A DNA stretch of 64,000 nt. Origin: Lytechinus pictus (lineage: Eukaryota). The notes under the pieces were generated by a model. The model saw nothing but the letters and a program-made list of their open reading frames with translations. It was not told where the DNA came from and did not search any database. The position numbers and the translations under genes were made by a program. Positions 26,739 to 39,771 of this stretch are shown piece by piece. Each line of letters opens with the position of its first letter. The stretch's first letter is position 1. The stretch spans positions 42,782,001-42,846,000 of the forward strand of contig NC_087245.1 in assembly GCF_037042905.1 (NCBI RefSeq), read 5' to 3'.

Positions 26739-29700
26739 GAAGCATTTTGGGGTAAAAGTTGGGAACTGGACTATTTCACACAATTCATATATGCTGAATC
26801 TGATAAGATCGGTTCCCAAGCTAATTTCTCATGTTTTGACCACCTAATTTGCATAAACAAAATGGCTGCCAAATTGACAATTCAGAATATTATTTCGACA
26901 ATGTTCTTTAATCATATTCGCTTTCACAGACATGAATACTGCAAAATCCTGCATACGCACGTGTACCTTTCGGGAAAACTTGTTATTTTTGTTTGCGGCT
27001 AATTAATTATGCAAATTTATGCATATTTTGGATCATTATGCTATAATTTGATAATTTCAGCTCAAATGTTTATATTTTTGGTACAAATAGCATTTAAATC
27101 ATTATAAATAATTGTACGGCCCTTAGAATATGACATCACAGTGAATAATAATGTATTTTATTGTTTTTGAATTTCTTATGTATTTCTTTGTATTTTGTAC
27201 CTTTTGTTTTGTACATGTTTTGTTATGGGATCTGTCAAATTATTGATTATCAATGGCAGAAAATAATAATCTTCAATGATTTAATTATGTAATCACTTTT
27301 TTAATTTTTTTTTTCGCATATATCCATGGGCATAAACAGATGCACCCACTCCCACACCCACATCTGCATACAAAGGTAAACTCCTGCACGGAGGGCTTTC
27401 CCATTTAAAAGCACACTGGTGGAGATCCAACGAATTTCATGAACCTATCTGTATTCAAGCGAATGTCACTATTAATTGCTAAAATTTTTATTATAAAATG
27501 GTATCTTGAATTATGATATCAATCAATTTATTCATATTCACAATTTTAGATGATGAATTATTAAATTTGAATCATAATAGTACTGTAATTCTCAACTCCT
27601 AATAGTCAATCAGTTGCATTTAATATCCTTTGGAGTAGTTATGTTCCTGACCAACAGAATCTGATCACTCATACATGTATATATATTTAGTGTTTTTCTT
27701 CAGCAAAATGAAGTGAAAACAGTCTGCTGAAAATGAGATGTCCTGTGTTTCTCTCCATTACGCTTGTCAAATTGTCCCAATTTTGAAAAAAAAAATCAGA
27801 ACTGAACCCACATATAATTCATCTAATTTTTTTATTTTGCCTACCAATTAGACCGTTTTCCGTGTTTTAAAAGCCAGACTGTGATGTTCTAAAGTTCCAC
27901 AACGAATAAGTCACTGGATATCATTTTAATAACAATTTTTTTTATCATTGGACTTCATTAACGGATTACATGTGTATCTCCATAATATATTTTTTCCAAT
28001 GCAGTACTGCACCTAACCTATCTAGGATTGCCGCTTCTTCTAACTTAGAGGCATCCAGCTTCCCCCAGCTTGATATACACCTTTACCTTCGGCGGCGGGT
28101 GTTGAATGATCAATGTCAGTTATCATCGATTTGGTGTTCCATTGGATGGCTTGATTGATAGGGCAGCATCATATTATAAAAGTCATCTCTAATTGTTGAA
28201 ATCAAACAAATTTAGTACAAGTATTCTGCGGAGGCAGTTCGTATCGAAGTCATCGTGTCTGTGTTCATGAGATATGTCCGATTCTCATGTCACAAATCCA
28301 TAAACAAAACCTAAATTTTTGTCTTGAGAGAGAATCTGCTGTCTAACCAGTTGTTGTTCCAGGTGTTAAAATGCTCGAAGTGCACCTTTTCAATACCACA
28401 GTGAATTGCCTAATGTCTTCTATGCCGTTTATCGAACTTCTAATATTCACACATCTTCATATCTTCATAAGATAGACTATTTCAAATTTATAACGAAGAT
28501 ATATTTCAGAGGATGGTGGGTTCCTGGCATGTTTGGCGTTCCTGCAGGTGATTATTAATCCACTTCTTTTGATCGGTATTAAACCCAACAGCATCCAATA
28601 GCTTACCCAGCTCTGATAGGCTGCATGCGAGTCTGAGATATCACCATCAAAGTCTAGGTCGAGAATTTCTTCGATTGTAGAGCCAGGATTTCTCTTTCTA
28701 TGAGGAAAGCAGTTGCCTAAGTTATGTTTGACTTGTTAACCGGTTTTGATACCTGAACATGTCATTCTTCTTGGGAGACTGACAGTCTGTTTTGGAATTG
28801 ATGATTGATGAAACCTTGTTTTCCCCATGTTTTTACCATGGAGTTAATCTATGTTTAGCCGCATGTTTTTTTATCATTTCCTCTTCTGTATTCAGTATCG
28901 TTCGTCAAAGAATCTTCCTAGGCAAGGACTGGATAGAAGCTGTGGTTTTCAGTTATCACTTTGATGGTTGACTTGGGGAAAATGTATCGTTGCCAAACAA
29001 ATAAATAAATAAATCAGTAATGACCAAAAAAATTAGTAAGCGATCCAGTAATACAGACCCTTTGCATTTATTACAAATTGTTCTTTGGTTAACTGCCATG
29101 GTTGCAGTTCTGATGGAGCTGAATCAAAGATATAATTTTGCTACAAGGATGTACTGCTACTTATATCCGATTGATAACTTGCACTGCGTAAATCATACGT
29201 TAAATTGATTATTAGATCTGTTATAAAAAACTAAATAACTTAAATTTCAAGAAATTTACGTTCAGCATGATTACAGGTTTTCCAACTTCTAACCCTTCTT
29301 TTCTTACGGGTTCATTGAATTTGGTAATTGATTATAGGATCAGCATCAATGTTTTCATATTGGGCATGTCTAATATACCTTGCAAGTATATTACTTTCTA
29401 TATACAGGTGTGGGTGTGTGAGCATGTGTGTGTATTTGTTCCTGAGTACAATTAATATTTGTGGCAAAGAAGTTTATCAAATGATTCTATCATTGAAGCT
29501 TAAAATTTGTCTGCCATTGATATTATTTTTTAAAGATCTCATATCAAACATATACAAAGCAAATGGCAGAAAATACAAGAACACAAAAGAAATATCAAAG
29601 AACAATAAAATACATATAAAATTGACCGAGTATTATATATTTAAGGGCCAAACAACTATCACAATGATACAAATGCTATTTGTACCCAAAATAATAAACA

Positions 29701-30029
29701 TTTTAAGTGTAATTATCAAATTATAGCATAATATTGCAAAATATGCATAAATTTGCATAAATAATTAGCTGGAAACAGAAATAACAAATTTTCCCGAATG
29801 GTACATGTTCAGTATGCAGGATTTTGCAGTATCCATATCGGTGAAAGCGATTCTTATAAAAGAATAGTGTAGAAATAAGATGATAAATTATCAATTTGGC
29901 AGCCATTTTTTTAATGCAAATTAGGTGGTCAAAACATGAAAAATTGGCTTGGGAACCGGTCTTATCAGATTCAGCACATTCAAATTAGGTGAAATAGACC
30001 GGTTCCCAACTTTTACCCCAAAATGCTCC
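26739..30029. mobile_element. DNA transposon with ~640-bp diverged terminal inverted repeats (Sola3/Kolobok-like candidate)
   Basis: 26739-~27380 is the diverged reverse complement of ~29390-30029 (e.g. agcattttggggtaaaagttgggaac / gttcccaacttttaccccaaaatgct; aatggctgccaaattga / tcaatttggcagccatt). Flanks TTAA / TTGA. The 2-kb core has no intact long ORF. Confidence 0.85.
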
Positions 30030-30095
30030 TTGAACTCAAGTTCTCCCCATATTGGTCTTGTCTATTTGACATGTTTGAAACGAATGGAAGACTTA

Positions 30096-33000
30096 TGGGG
30101 TGTTGCAAGAAAGTTACGTTGCAATTGATTGCTAATCGACTGCAACTTTGCAGCCGATTCCGATCGACTGCAACTAGCAATCAATCGCCAATTTGCGTTG
30201 CAAGAAAAAGGCTTGCGATTGAACGCAAGTTGCAGCTGATTTGCAGACGATTTGCAGCTGTAAACAGGGTCTGCAGCACAAGACTAGCCGAAAAAGCAAA
30301 ATAATGGCTTGCAACAATCCTGGATCTGGAAGAGAGTAAGTAGAAAATATTCATTTTTCAGACAATTCTTTCTCCATTATGTATGTTTTCAGAGAATTTA
30401 TATATTTTAGACCTATGCCAGGGAAAAATTTATTTTGCAAAAAGTGAAAATGTATCTTTATCGCCGGTCGAAATTTCACCTTCAACATTTTTTCTACCGC
30501 ACAGTTTTAATCCCAGTCCCACATATGACTTTTTGTGTCGGTAATGCACGGTTGTATCAACAACACGGCAGGTCACTGCCGGTGCAGTGCTGTTAAAAAT
30601 CACCCTGAAGCAAGTAAATGTGTAGGCTCTAATTATGTATGAAGCATCGAAAATGACCTTTAAAGATTATTTTTGTTCCTATTTGAAATGATTTTTTAAG
30701 TAAATAGAAATTAAAGACTTCCAGTACTAGTACTTTACTAGGACCTACCTTCTTTTTTTTTTTCCACAAGAAAAAAAATCCTCTCCAGCTCCATTCAATT
30801 TATCTCTCTTTTTTAAGAGTCTGTCTAACGTTAACCTCCCTTTTTATGACTTTCCTTGGCCTGGCCTGGGATAAAGTGAAAATTTTGCTGTTTCGACTTT
30901 TGTCTTTAGAGGATTAAAAAAAAATATATTATTAGGGCCTATTATTATTTTATTATTAGGGGGCCTATTATTATTATTATTATTTTTTTTTTTTTTTTTT
31001 TTGGGGGGGGGGGGGTTTCCAGACTCCACATATCTCGCCAGACAAGAAAAAAAAACAAAGGTATAGGGGGTCTACATGTATTGGGCTACTTTTCAGAATC
31101 TATTGGCCACATTCTTGGGGAAGTTTTAACATTGAATAGGGAGTTTTCCGCCCAGGGCTCTTTTAAAAATTTCTTACGGGCAGATTGCTCAAGAGGACAG
31201 TCTATTTGTGTCGTTGATTTGTAATGATGTGCCGTATGAGTCACATTTTTAATATCCATCACATATAAATATAAAAAGATATACATTTACATGATGTAGG
31301 CCCAAATACATTTATTTTTTAGATTCAATATGTACATCTACTATGCCGGGAGGGGAGGTACTTAGATTTGGTTTGAACAAAGGTGTGCGGCTGAAGGTTC
31401 GAAACCCGTACCCATATTTACAGGCCATTTTGGCTAAAAAGGTACCCATTATTAAGGATTCATTACAGGGGCGGATCCAGGATTTCCAAAGGGGGGGGGG
31501 GGGCACATTTTCGCCTGGAAAACTTGACAAGCAAAAAAAAAATGTTTAAGGACATTATCTAGAAATTGGGCCATGTTTAGGGATTTTCCAGCATAAAACC
31601 ATACCTCATGTTTAGGGATTTCTTCCAAAATGGCGACCCATTCCTGCGGCATATCCCCATATGCCTTATTTTGTGAGTACCCCCCCCCCGGCTACTATGT
31701 AGCTGACTCTTAACTTGATTTTTATGCAAGCACATGAGGTGCTATATAGATGACAGATTTTGTTTCACTTTAAATTGTTTAATGGATGATTTGAATGCTT
31801 TTCCATGTGCTTTCAGTTAAAGGGTGTCTCATATGGTGCATCATTATTAATATTGAATGCATAATCATGATTTTTTTTACATCCTTCCCATCAAGCACAA
31901 TACTCGGGGGGGGGGGGTGCATATGGTCCCCCTTGACATTTTTCAGAATAAATCTGCCACTCAACATTTTATTACCGCACCGCTGACTGACGTTTTACTT
32001 TCAAGTCTCATGCAACTTTTGAGACCATATTTGCAATTCCCAGGTACAGGGTCAGGAAATTGTGCAACATTGTGTTTGTTTAAGTAAATGTCAGACAAAA
32101 ACATGATTACATGTAAAAAGTCAATATTCATAATTGGGTAATTTTTATTGACAATAGTAATTTAATGTCACTGATGAACTTTGTCTTGAAATTAACAATT
32201 AACAAAAATACATTTAAGAAGTTAAGAAAAAAAAAAAAAGAAAAAAAACATGAAAGGAATTTATTTTGATACCAGATTTTTTAAAGTAAAGTTGTTAGGA
32301 ATGCTCTAGAAAGGAATATGTACACCAAAATTAATACTTCTATTACGAGCTTTTTTTTAGTAAATTAAAGCAAAAGGTATGATATCATACATTTTTTAAT
32401 TGCGCCACCCATGGCTGAGGAACCATAGTGCCCCTCCCCAGGCCAGAAGTGACTTTAATCAAAACACCCTTGGACTACTATAATGATTAACACACTGGCA
32501 ACTGAGCTTAACTTGTATATTAATTTCATGAACATGTTTTATCTCTTTGCTTTTTGCTTTTAATTGCTTACTACAGTTATGACAAAGAAGTCTGGAACCT
32601 CAGAACCACCATAACTGTGTCTGCTACAATGTGTGTTCTTGCAACCAGCTGATTGATTCATTTTATCAACTCTTGAATGGTAGGTTACATGTAAACTGTA
32701 TTATTATTAATAATTCACCATGATGCGGATGGGGGTGAAATCTGTACACATTGACCCAAGGATAATGCAAAATGAAAAAGGCTAACACAAATCTCTATCT
32801 TGACTGGACTTCTCAGCAATGAAGACATCCCATTGATGGGGGGGGGGGGGGGGAGAGGGGAGGGGGTGGTTGTGCTCATCCAAGGTGTACTGTATGAAAG
32901 TGTGTATTTTGCTTTCATTGATTTAATTTATTGCATATTTTAATTTCCATGATTCTTTTATTGGGGAAAAACAATAAGTTCACACTTTTTTAGATTACAT

Positions 33001-34674
33001 CATGGCAAATTGCCAATTACTATGGTCTCAGGAGTAAGCCAATATCCCTCTATCATATCATCATTTGGGTGCAAACAACGCCCTTACCAGCAGACATAGG
33101 GGCATTTCTGCACCGATGGGTGCACAAAAATGGTTTGCTAAGGGCGATCTTGCACTGAAAGGACAAAATTTGAACTAACCCAAGCTATGTATAGTTATGG
33201 GCTTGCATTATTTCCCATATTATTTTTTTTATGAACAGGTTGATTATCAGAACTGAATTCAGAGCTGCTCCTGTCTGTAGTAACATCATTATAAGAGTGG
33301 ACTACAGAATGAGGGCGTTGCTTGTTTAAAAACTTCACTCCATGGAGCTCTCCAAATTCATCGCAAATTAGACTGCTTCTGGAAACCAGATTTGTTCCTT
33401 CAAGCAGAGATGGTTGTGGCTTTCCTGACTGGACTTCTATGGATTCTTCATGCCAACCTTAAGAACTGTGGTCTTCTGCATGATACACATCAATTTAAAA
33501 CAAGACATTCTGTGGTGAAACACTTGATGCAGATGAAATGAAATTTTATTACTGAATCTCAGAAGTGATTCCTTGGGAGCAAGAAATAATGAAAAATAAA
33601 AATGAAAGGTCCATCAATAATGAATGTCTTGAGCAGTGTTCTTTTTTGTGCACAGATCAATGGATCTTTTCAAGTCCAAGCAGGGATGTAGTCAATGCTG
33701 ACCTCGAGGCAACATTTTGCTGGCCTTGGTCCGAGTCACTGTACAGAATCTATGGGAAGTTCTCTCAAGCTGCCTCATGACTCGGAAGAATCAGCCTCGA
33801 CCTCATCCCTGTATGCAAGTGTGATATATATCTACGATGCAATCTCATGATTAAAGAGAGAGAAACAAGAGAGCTTCAGATTTTGAAGTGTAGCAATCTC
33901 CTGAAATGTATGTTTTATTTGAAAAACTTAATTGGGCATGTTATTCATTATGATATGTATGAATGAAAGCATTTAAGCAATTTAGTGCTCTTGCAAAACA
34001 TATTCTGAGTTGTATTTACTGCAAACGCTCAGAAATATTGATTAGCATTTGCCAGTGCATGAAGTGTTTTAATAAAGAGTGGCTTTTGTGCCTATGGAGA
34101 GTTATTATTTCTTCAACATTTCTTCATACAAATTATTTCAGAAATCACAATTTGAATATTCCATGACCTCTGATAACAAGAGCAGAATATTTTTGGTGAT
34201 TGACACACTTTAAAATGATATTAGGAGAGAATGTACTGAAATTGTGTGAAAATAATGGCATAATTGCTGAAGAGGCCTATAAAGATTGAAAATAACATTA
34301 TTTCAAGTTTTTCTTGAAAAAAACCCATGGATAATTGAAAATGGCATAATTTACACAAGTTTTCAAAACAAAATACAAAAAAAAAATTTTTGCAGAATTT
34401 TTAGTACACAAGCCTATGGACAATCAATTGAACGTAAATCGAACGCAAATTTTGCGCATCCTCCAAAATCTTACATAAGTTACGTTCGATTTGCAATCAA
34501 TTGCAAAGCTTGCGCTTGATCTACGTTCAATTGATCAAACGCAACTTCTTCTTGCAACAGGATTGAACGTAACTTGCGTTCAATTGCAGATTTGCGTTTA
34601 ATCGGAGGACTTACGCTCAATTTTGGGAGTTGCGTTCGATTTGCGTTCAATCGCAAGTTTCTTGCAACACCCCA
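30096..34674. mobile_element. Non-autonomous PIF/Harbinger-like element, 4.6 kb, TTA TSD
   Basis: TTA|tggggtgttgcaagaaa ... tttcttgcaacacccca|TTA. Subterminal gattgaacgcaa/ttgcgttcaat motifs at both ends. Confidence 0.85.
31346..31691. mobile_element. CCGGG/poly-G-ended MITE, 8-bp TSD CTACTATG
   Basis: ctactatg|ccgggaggggaggtact ... agtacccccccccgg|ctactatg. Confidence 0.85.
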
Positions 34675-35018
34675 TTACTCTTTTATACTCTGCAATATAC
34701 TCCAAACTATGTTTTGAAAGGTTATTCATTATCATAATGTGGGCTGTAACGTAGTCGTTTTAATCAACGACAGTGAAGGCCGTTGCTTCTCTAGCTGGCC
34801 TTCTATTTCTGTTTGAATGCACTGTCATCATGAATTAAAATTCTGTTGACAATTCCATATCACGTTTGCACCTTGGTGTTGGGCATGATAGGCTACAAGA
34901 CGCAAGCTACATCAGTCACGAAGGTCCGTACGAACAATGCGTTTCGAATCTCTGTTCGTATGAATTCTGGAGTTCGTAGACATTCGTACGATTTGGATAT
35001 ACCATGAAGGGTCAACAG

Positions 35019-36600
35019 CAGTGGCGTAACAGGCGGGGGGGGGGGGCAGGGGGGCAAGCTGCCCCCCCTGGCGGAGCTCACCGGGAAAAAAAAACGGGAA
35101 AAAAAAAAAAAAAAGGGGGAAAGAAAGGGAAAGGGAAAGGAAAGAAAAAAGGGGAAAGGGGAAAGGAAAAGGGAAAAGAAAACTAAGAAAAACGTAAAAA
35201 AGGGAAAACGGAAAGATAATGGGAAAAGGAAGGAAAAAAGAAAAAGTGAGAAAGAACAATTCGCCCCGATATATAAATACATCAGCATGATTAGTAAGAC
35301 AGGGAAATAAATTAAAGATGACAAAAAGGCAAACAAAAGCGGGAAATAAAGGCAGAATGGAATTAGTCAAAATCTAAATTGGAAAATAAAGAATAGGGAC
35401 AAGATAACGTACTCTACCGGGCTGCCGAGGATTGATATAACAAGCGGGAAGAAAAATGGATGGTATATAGCATAATGTCGTATGAAAGTCTATCATAAAC
35501 TTGCTAAATCTCCAAAGGCTCTGTCCAAGAGTCAAGACCCCGTGCAGTGGGGGCTCTTCATCTGTAACCTTTAATGGGTTCTATAACGGGCCCCTATATG
35601 GACCCTTCCTGCATTTAGCTTTACGTTGAAGCACTGGCGTACCGGGGGGTGGTTCCACAGCCAAGGGGAAATAAAAGAAAATAAAGGAGGCAGCGAAATG
35701 AGATGAATGAAAAAAAATATATGTCATGATATTTGCTATAATGATGTAAAAATCTATCACATAATTAGAATTTCATTTTAACAGGCCATTTTTTTTCTGG
35801 CTCACTTCGCTCGCTGGCGACTTTTTACAAATTTTCCCACATTTGCTATGGTGTGCCCCTCACAATATTTGGATGATTACGATACACAACTGCATTGAAT
35901 TTATGTGTTGTGTTAAAGCTATATAAATATACACGCAATTTGATTAAAATAAGTGGCCATCTGTAAGGATTAAAATGGCTTTGATATCAAGAGGTTCCGG
36001 GGCTCTGCCCTGGACCCCACCCATAAAGCACTGTTATATGGATGAGTTTGGACCATGGCCCCCAAAAGTTCTACAACCAAACAAAAAAAAATGAGGAAAG
36101 AAAGGAAAGTGTATTATATTTTTCTGAATATCACGTTAAAATCTATCTTCATGTTAGATTCTCATGAAAAGGTGATTTTTTTATCTCGCTCGCTTCGCTC
36201 GCTCGGAACCTATATTAAGCTACTTCTTGCCAGAAGCGCCATACTCGGCCCCCTCGAGCATATAGAGCTTCGCCCTGATGCTCACAATCATAACAAAAAT
36301 CCTGTTCACCGTGGCGTACAAAAAAGAGAGAAAAAAGGAAAGAGAGGAGGGTGAAATATGATATCATCTTTTTAACATTATGTCAAAATCTATCACAAAA
36401 TTTGATTTTTGCAATAAAAATGTCTAAAATTTTTGCTCGCTCGCTTCGCTCGCTCGCTTATATATATTTGCCCGATACGCCATATCGCCCCCTCAAAATG
36501 TTTGCCTTATGACGCCATTGACTGTTCCATGATATGACCGGGAAATTTTTGGCTCTTGGCCCCCCCCCCCCCCTGGCCACCGACCCCTGTTACGTCGCTG
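35019..36600. mobile_element. hAT-like non-autonomous element, 8-bp TSD GTCAACAG
   Basis: gtcaacag|cagtggcgtaacagg ... cctgttacgtcgctg|gtcaacag. Confidence 0.85.
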
Positions 36601-37141
36601 GTCAACAGTGACTACAATCGAAACCATCAGAACGACGTCGCCTTTGGCACTGTGAGAGCGTTACATATAAAGTGCAGAACTGAAAGATACCGCAAGAGCC
36701 CACTCCCATTTGATAAGATTATTGAAAAAGATATAAGAAAGATCAAATCATGTAAACACTTTTTCCGGGGCCATGATCGATGTAATCAAGATGAGACCGT
36801 CATATTTATTTTATTAAGATTAATTTCATGCAAAATTTATAACCTGTGTAAATATTTTGACCTGTAATCTGTTTGGTATAAAACGATGGAACCGGACAGG
36901 TATTCGATTCAAAGTATTGATTGACTCTGTAAATTACTTTGCATTTTAGTTGGCAAAGCAAAATTCTCGTACTCGTATTTCACCTCATTTACTTTATCTC
37001 TTTTTTTATGTATGTATTTGTTTGCTACATTATCATTTTTTTGAATTTGAATAAAGTCATGATTAAACAAACATATAACATATTAAACCATCTCGGCAGA
37101 CAAGCCAATCCACAATATTCTAATGGTTTAATCGGCTCTTA

Positions 37142-37510
37142 CACTGTGAAAAATATTGGGGCAGTATTCTACCCAATGCGGAAAGCACATTGTCCAGGGG
37201 CCGTTTCATAAAGCTGTTCGTAATTTAAGAGCGACTTTAAGAACGACTGGTGATCCTTTCTTACACGCTAAAGCATTGCCAATGTAAATACTATTAACCA
37301 CTAGAAAGGATCACCAGTCGTTCTTGAAGTCGCTCTTAACTTATGAACAGCTTTATGAAACACCCACCAGTAAGGTTAAAAAATGAATATAGCAATTACT
37401 TTAGAATGGGCATCACATTGGGTAAACAAAAAATGCCCAAAAGAAATGCCAAATGTAATTGGACACATAATTACCCTCATGGAGCACTGTTACCCAATAT
37501 TTTTAGAGTG
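37142..37510. mobile_element. CAC...GTG MITE interrupted by a palindromic Harbinger-like MITE (~37197-37365)
   Basis: ta|cactgtgaaaaatattggg ... cccaatatttttagagtg|ta. Inner hairpin gtttcataaagctgttc...gaacagctttatgaaac. Same host family as 51386-52201. Confidence 0.75.
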
Positions 37511-37703
37511 TATCCAAGGACCCTTTCTCACCAAAGGAGATGTCTTTACGTCGTCTCAGATACTATGGAGTCACGGAGATGTCTTCAGCGTAAAAGTTTA
37601 TTCGGTCTAACCAAAGAAACATCTTTGAGATATCTCTAGACAAGATGACAAGCATTTTGCCCGACAGTCGGGGGATACGTCGCTGCAAAGCCTCAAAGTA
37701 GTC

Positions 37704-39048
37704 CAGTGGCGTACCGTGGGTCACGGCATTGGGGGGGGGGGCACCAACAAAAAATTTGAGTCACTTAATGAGCACGCGAAGCGCGCTTAGTTGCCAGGTA
37801 TACTGACCTATAAGTAATAGTGACATTTTAAGGACAGTGCCATTAAAGCGGATATGTATCTCACTCATCATATAATGCGAGCGCGAAGGGCGAGCTGAAA
37901 TTTTTTGATATTCAGAACTAAAAAGGGACATTATAAGCAAATTTTTGTAATCATGATACATACCTGTCTTGCTAAACAAACAGTATATACATGTCTCACC
38001 ATAATCATCTAATGCGAGTGCCAAGCTTGCGTATGCTGATTTTGTTAGAATTACATCTAAACACATGAGGCACTTTTTGTAGTCGTTGTAATCATGATTA
38101 TCATACGCATCTCACTAATCAAATATTGCGAGCGCGAGCTGAAAATTTAGGAAATTCAGACCTTAAGATAAGCATTCTAAGATTTGTTTGTTGGAATTCA
38201 CGAAGACCATACATATATCACTAACCAAATGATGCGAGCGCGAAGCGCGAGCTGAAATTTTTGTATATTTGACCCTGAACAGGGCTATTTTAAGGGCTAT
38301 TTTTTTAAGGAATCCATTAAGAGTACACATATCTCACCATAGTCATCTAATGCGAGTGCCAAGTGCATGCTGATGTTACTAGAATTACATCTAAACACAT
38401 GAAGCACTTTTTGTAGTCATTTTAATCATGATTATTATACGCATCTCACTAATCAAATATTGCGAGCGCGAAGCGCGAGTTGGAAATTTACTTAATTCAG
38501 AACTGAAGAGGGGAATTCTAAGGCTTGTTTGTAGGAATTCACGAAGACCATGCGTATTTCGCTAACCAAATGATGCGAGCGCGAAGCGCAAGCTGAAAAT
38601 GTTTGATTTTCAGATCAAAAAAGTTACATTGTAAGGACTGATTTTAGGAATTCATGAAGAGCAGACATATCTCAGCTATCCAGTAATGCGATCGTAAGCA
38701 CGGACAGGAAGTGTTTTATATTAAGCCCTTAAAATGGGGCAACCACTTTAAGTAGTCATGAAAAAGAAGCATATGTAACTACATAAAACAATAATAATTC
38801 GAAGTGCGAGGAAATATATTTGGTGTATATTGACTTGAAAACGGGAGGTTTTAGTACAACGGGATTATATATCTCGTTAAACAGACGATGCGAGCGCCAG
38901 AAACAATGAAGAAATAGGCCCTGAGCAAATTATGTTTCATAAAGTTATGAATTTTTAACATAATCATAATATAACATTATAATGAACAATAATTTCTTAT
39001 TTCCCACTACGTTTCTTTCCCTTTCTCCCTCTTTTTCTCCTTTTCCCC

Positions 39049-39081
<33 letters not shown>

Positions 39082-39134
39082 CAGCCGATTGGGGGGGCAC
39101 GTGCCCCCCCATGCCCCCCGTAGTTACGCCACTG
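37704..39134. mobile_element. hAT-like element with internal satellite, 8-bp TSD AAGTAGTC
   Basis: aagtagtc|cagtggcgta ... tacgccactg|aagtagtc. Internal ~110-bp units contain gcgagcgcgaagcgcgagc. Inserted in an older gagacgtc-rich repeat (~37515-39697). Confidence 0.88.
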
Positions 39135-39771
39135 AAGTAGTCGCTCCTATGTCTCGGAAATATTTTTAAGGCAGCTAAAAAAAACTCTCAGAGACATCGC
39201 AGCGATAACTTTTAGGGTTTGCAGCAACGTCCTCGTGAGTTTGGAGCTAAGCACTTGACACCTTGTCTGGAGACCGCATATGTCTCCTTGGTTGAACCGA
39301 AGAAACGTTTATATTGGGGACGAATCCGCAACTGTAGTCTCTGAGACGTCGCATTTGGTGAGAGGGGGCCTCAAAGCAGGTCTCCTCATCAGTGTTTCTG
39401 GTCTCCTGCAAGGTCTCCCCGATGTCTCGGAGAGGTGTCTGAGACTTTGCAGACATCGCGGAGGAGTCGCGTGGCAGTCGGGTTAGCAGTCTACTTGACG
39501 TCTCTGCAACCGGAAGGGGATGCCTCGGATACGTCGAAGGACATCGCGATGACTAAAAAAGGTCTCCCAACAGAAACAAAAAGAGAGCATGTTCGAATTT
39601 CTCATGAGATTATAAATTTTAGGAGATGTTTTTGAGAGTTCTTTGCAACTAGTCAACTCTTGAGTCGCAAACTAGTCGCGAAGTAGTTGCAAGCCCCGTG
39701 ACATACCCCCTTCAGCAGGTCTTATATATTCTAATCATACATTATTATTTTCATTCCTTTCCTTTATCCAC

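Noticed and set aside
34893..35370. Phe-rich 147-152-aa ORFs
   Set aside because: Translation of a purine/pyrimidine low-complexity tract inside a MITE.
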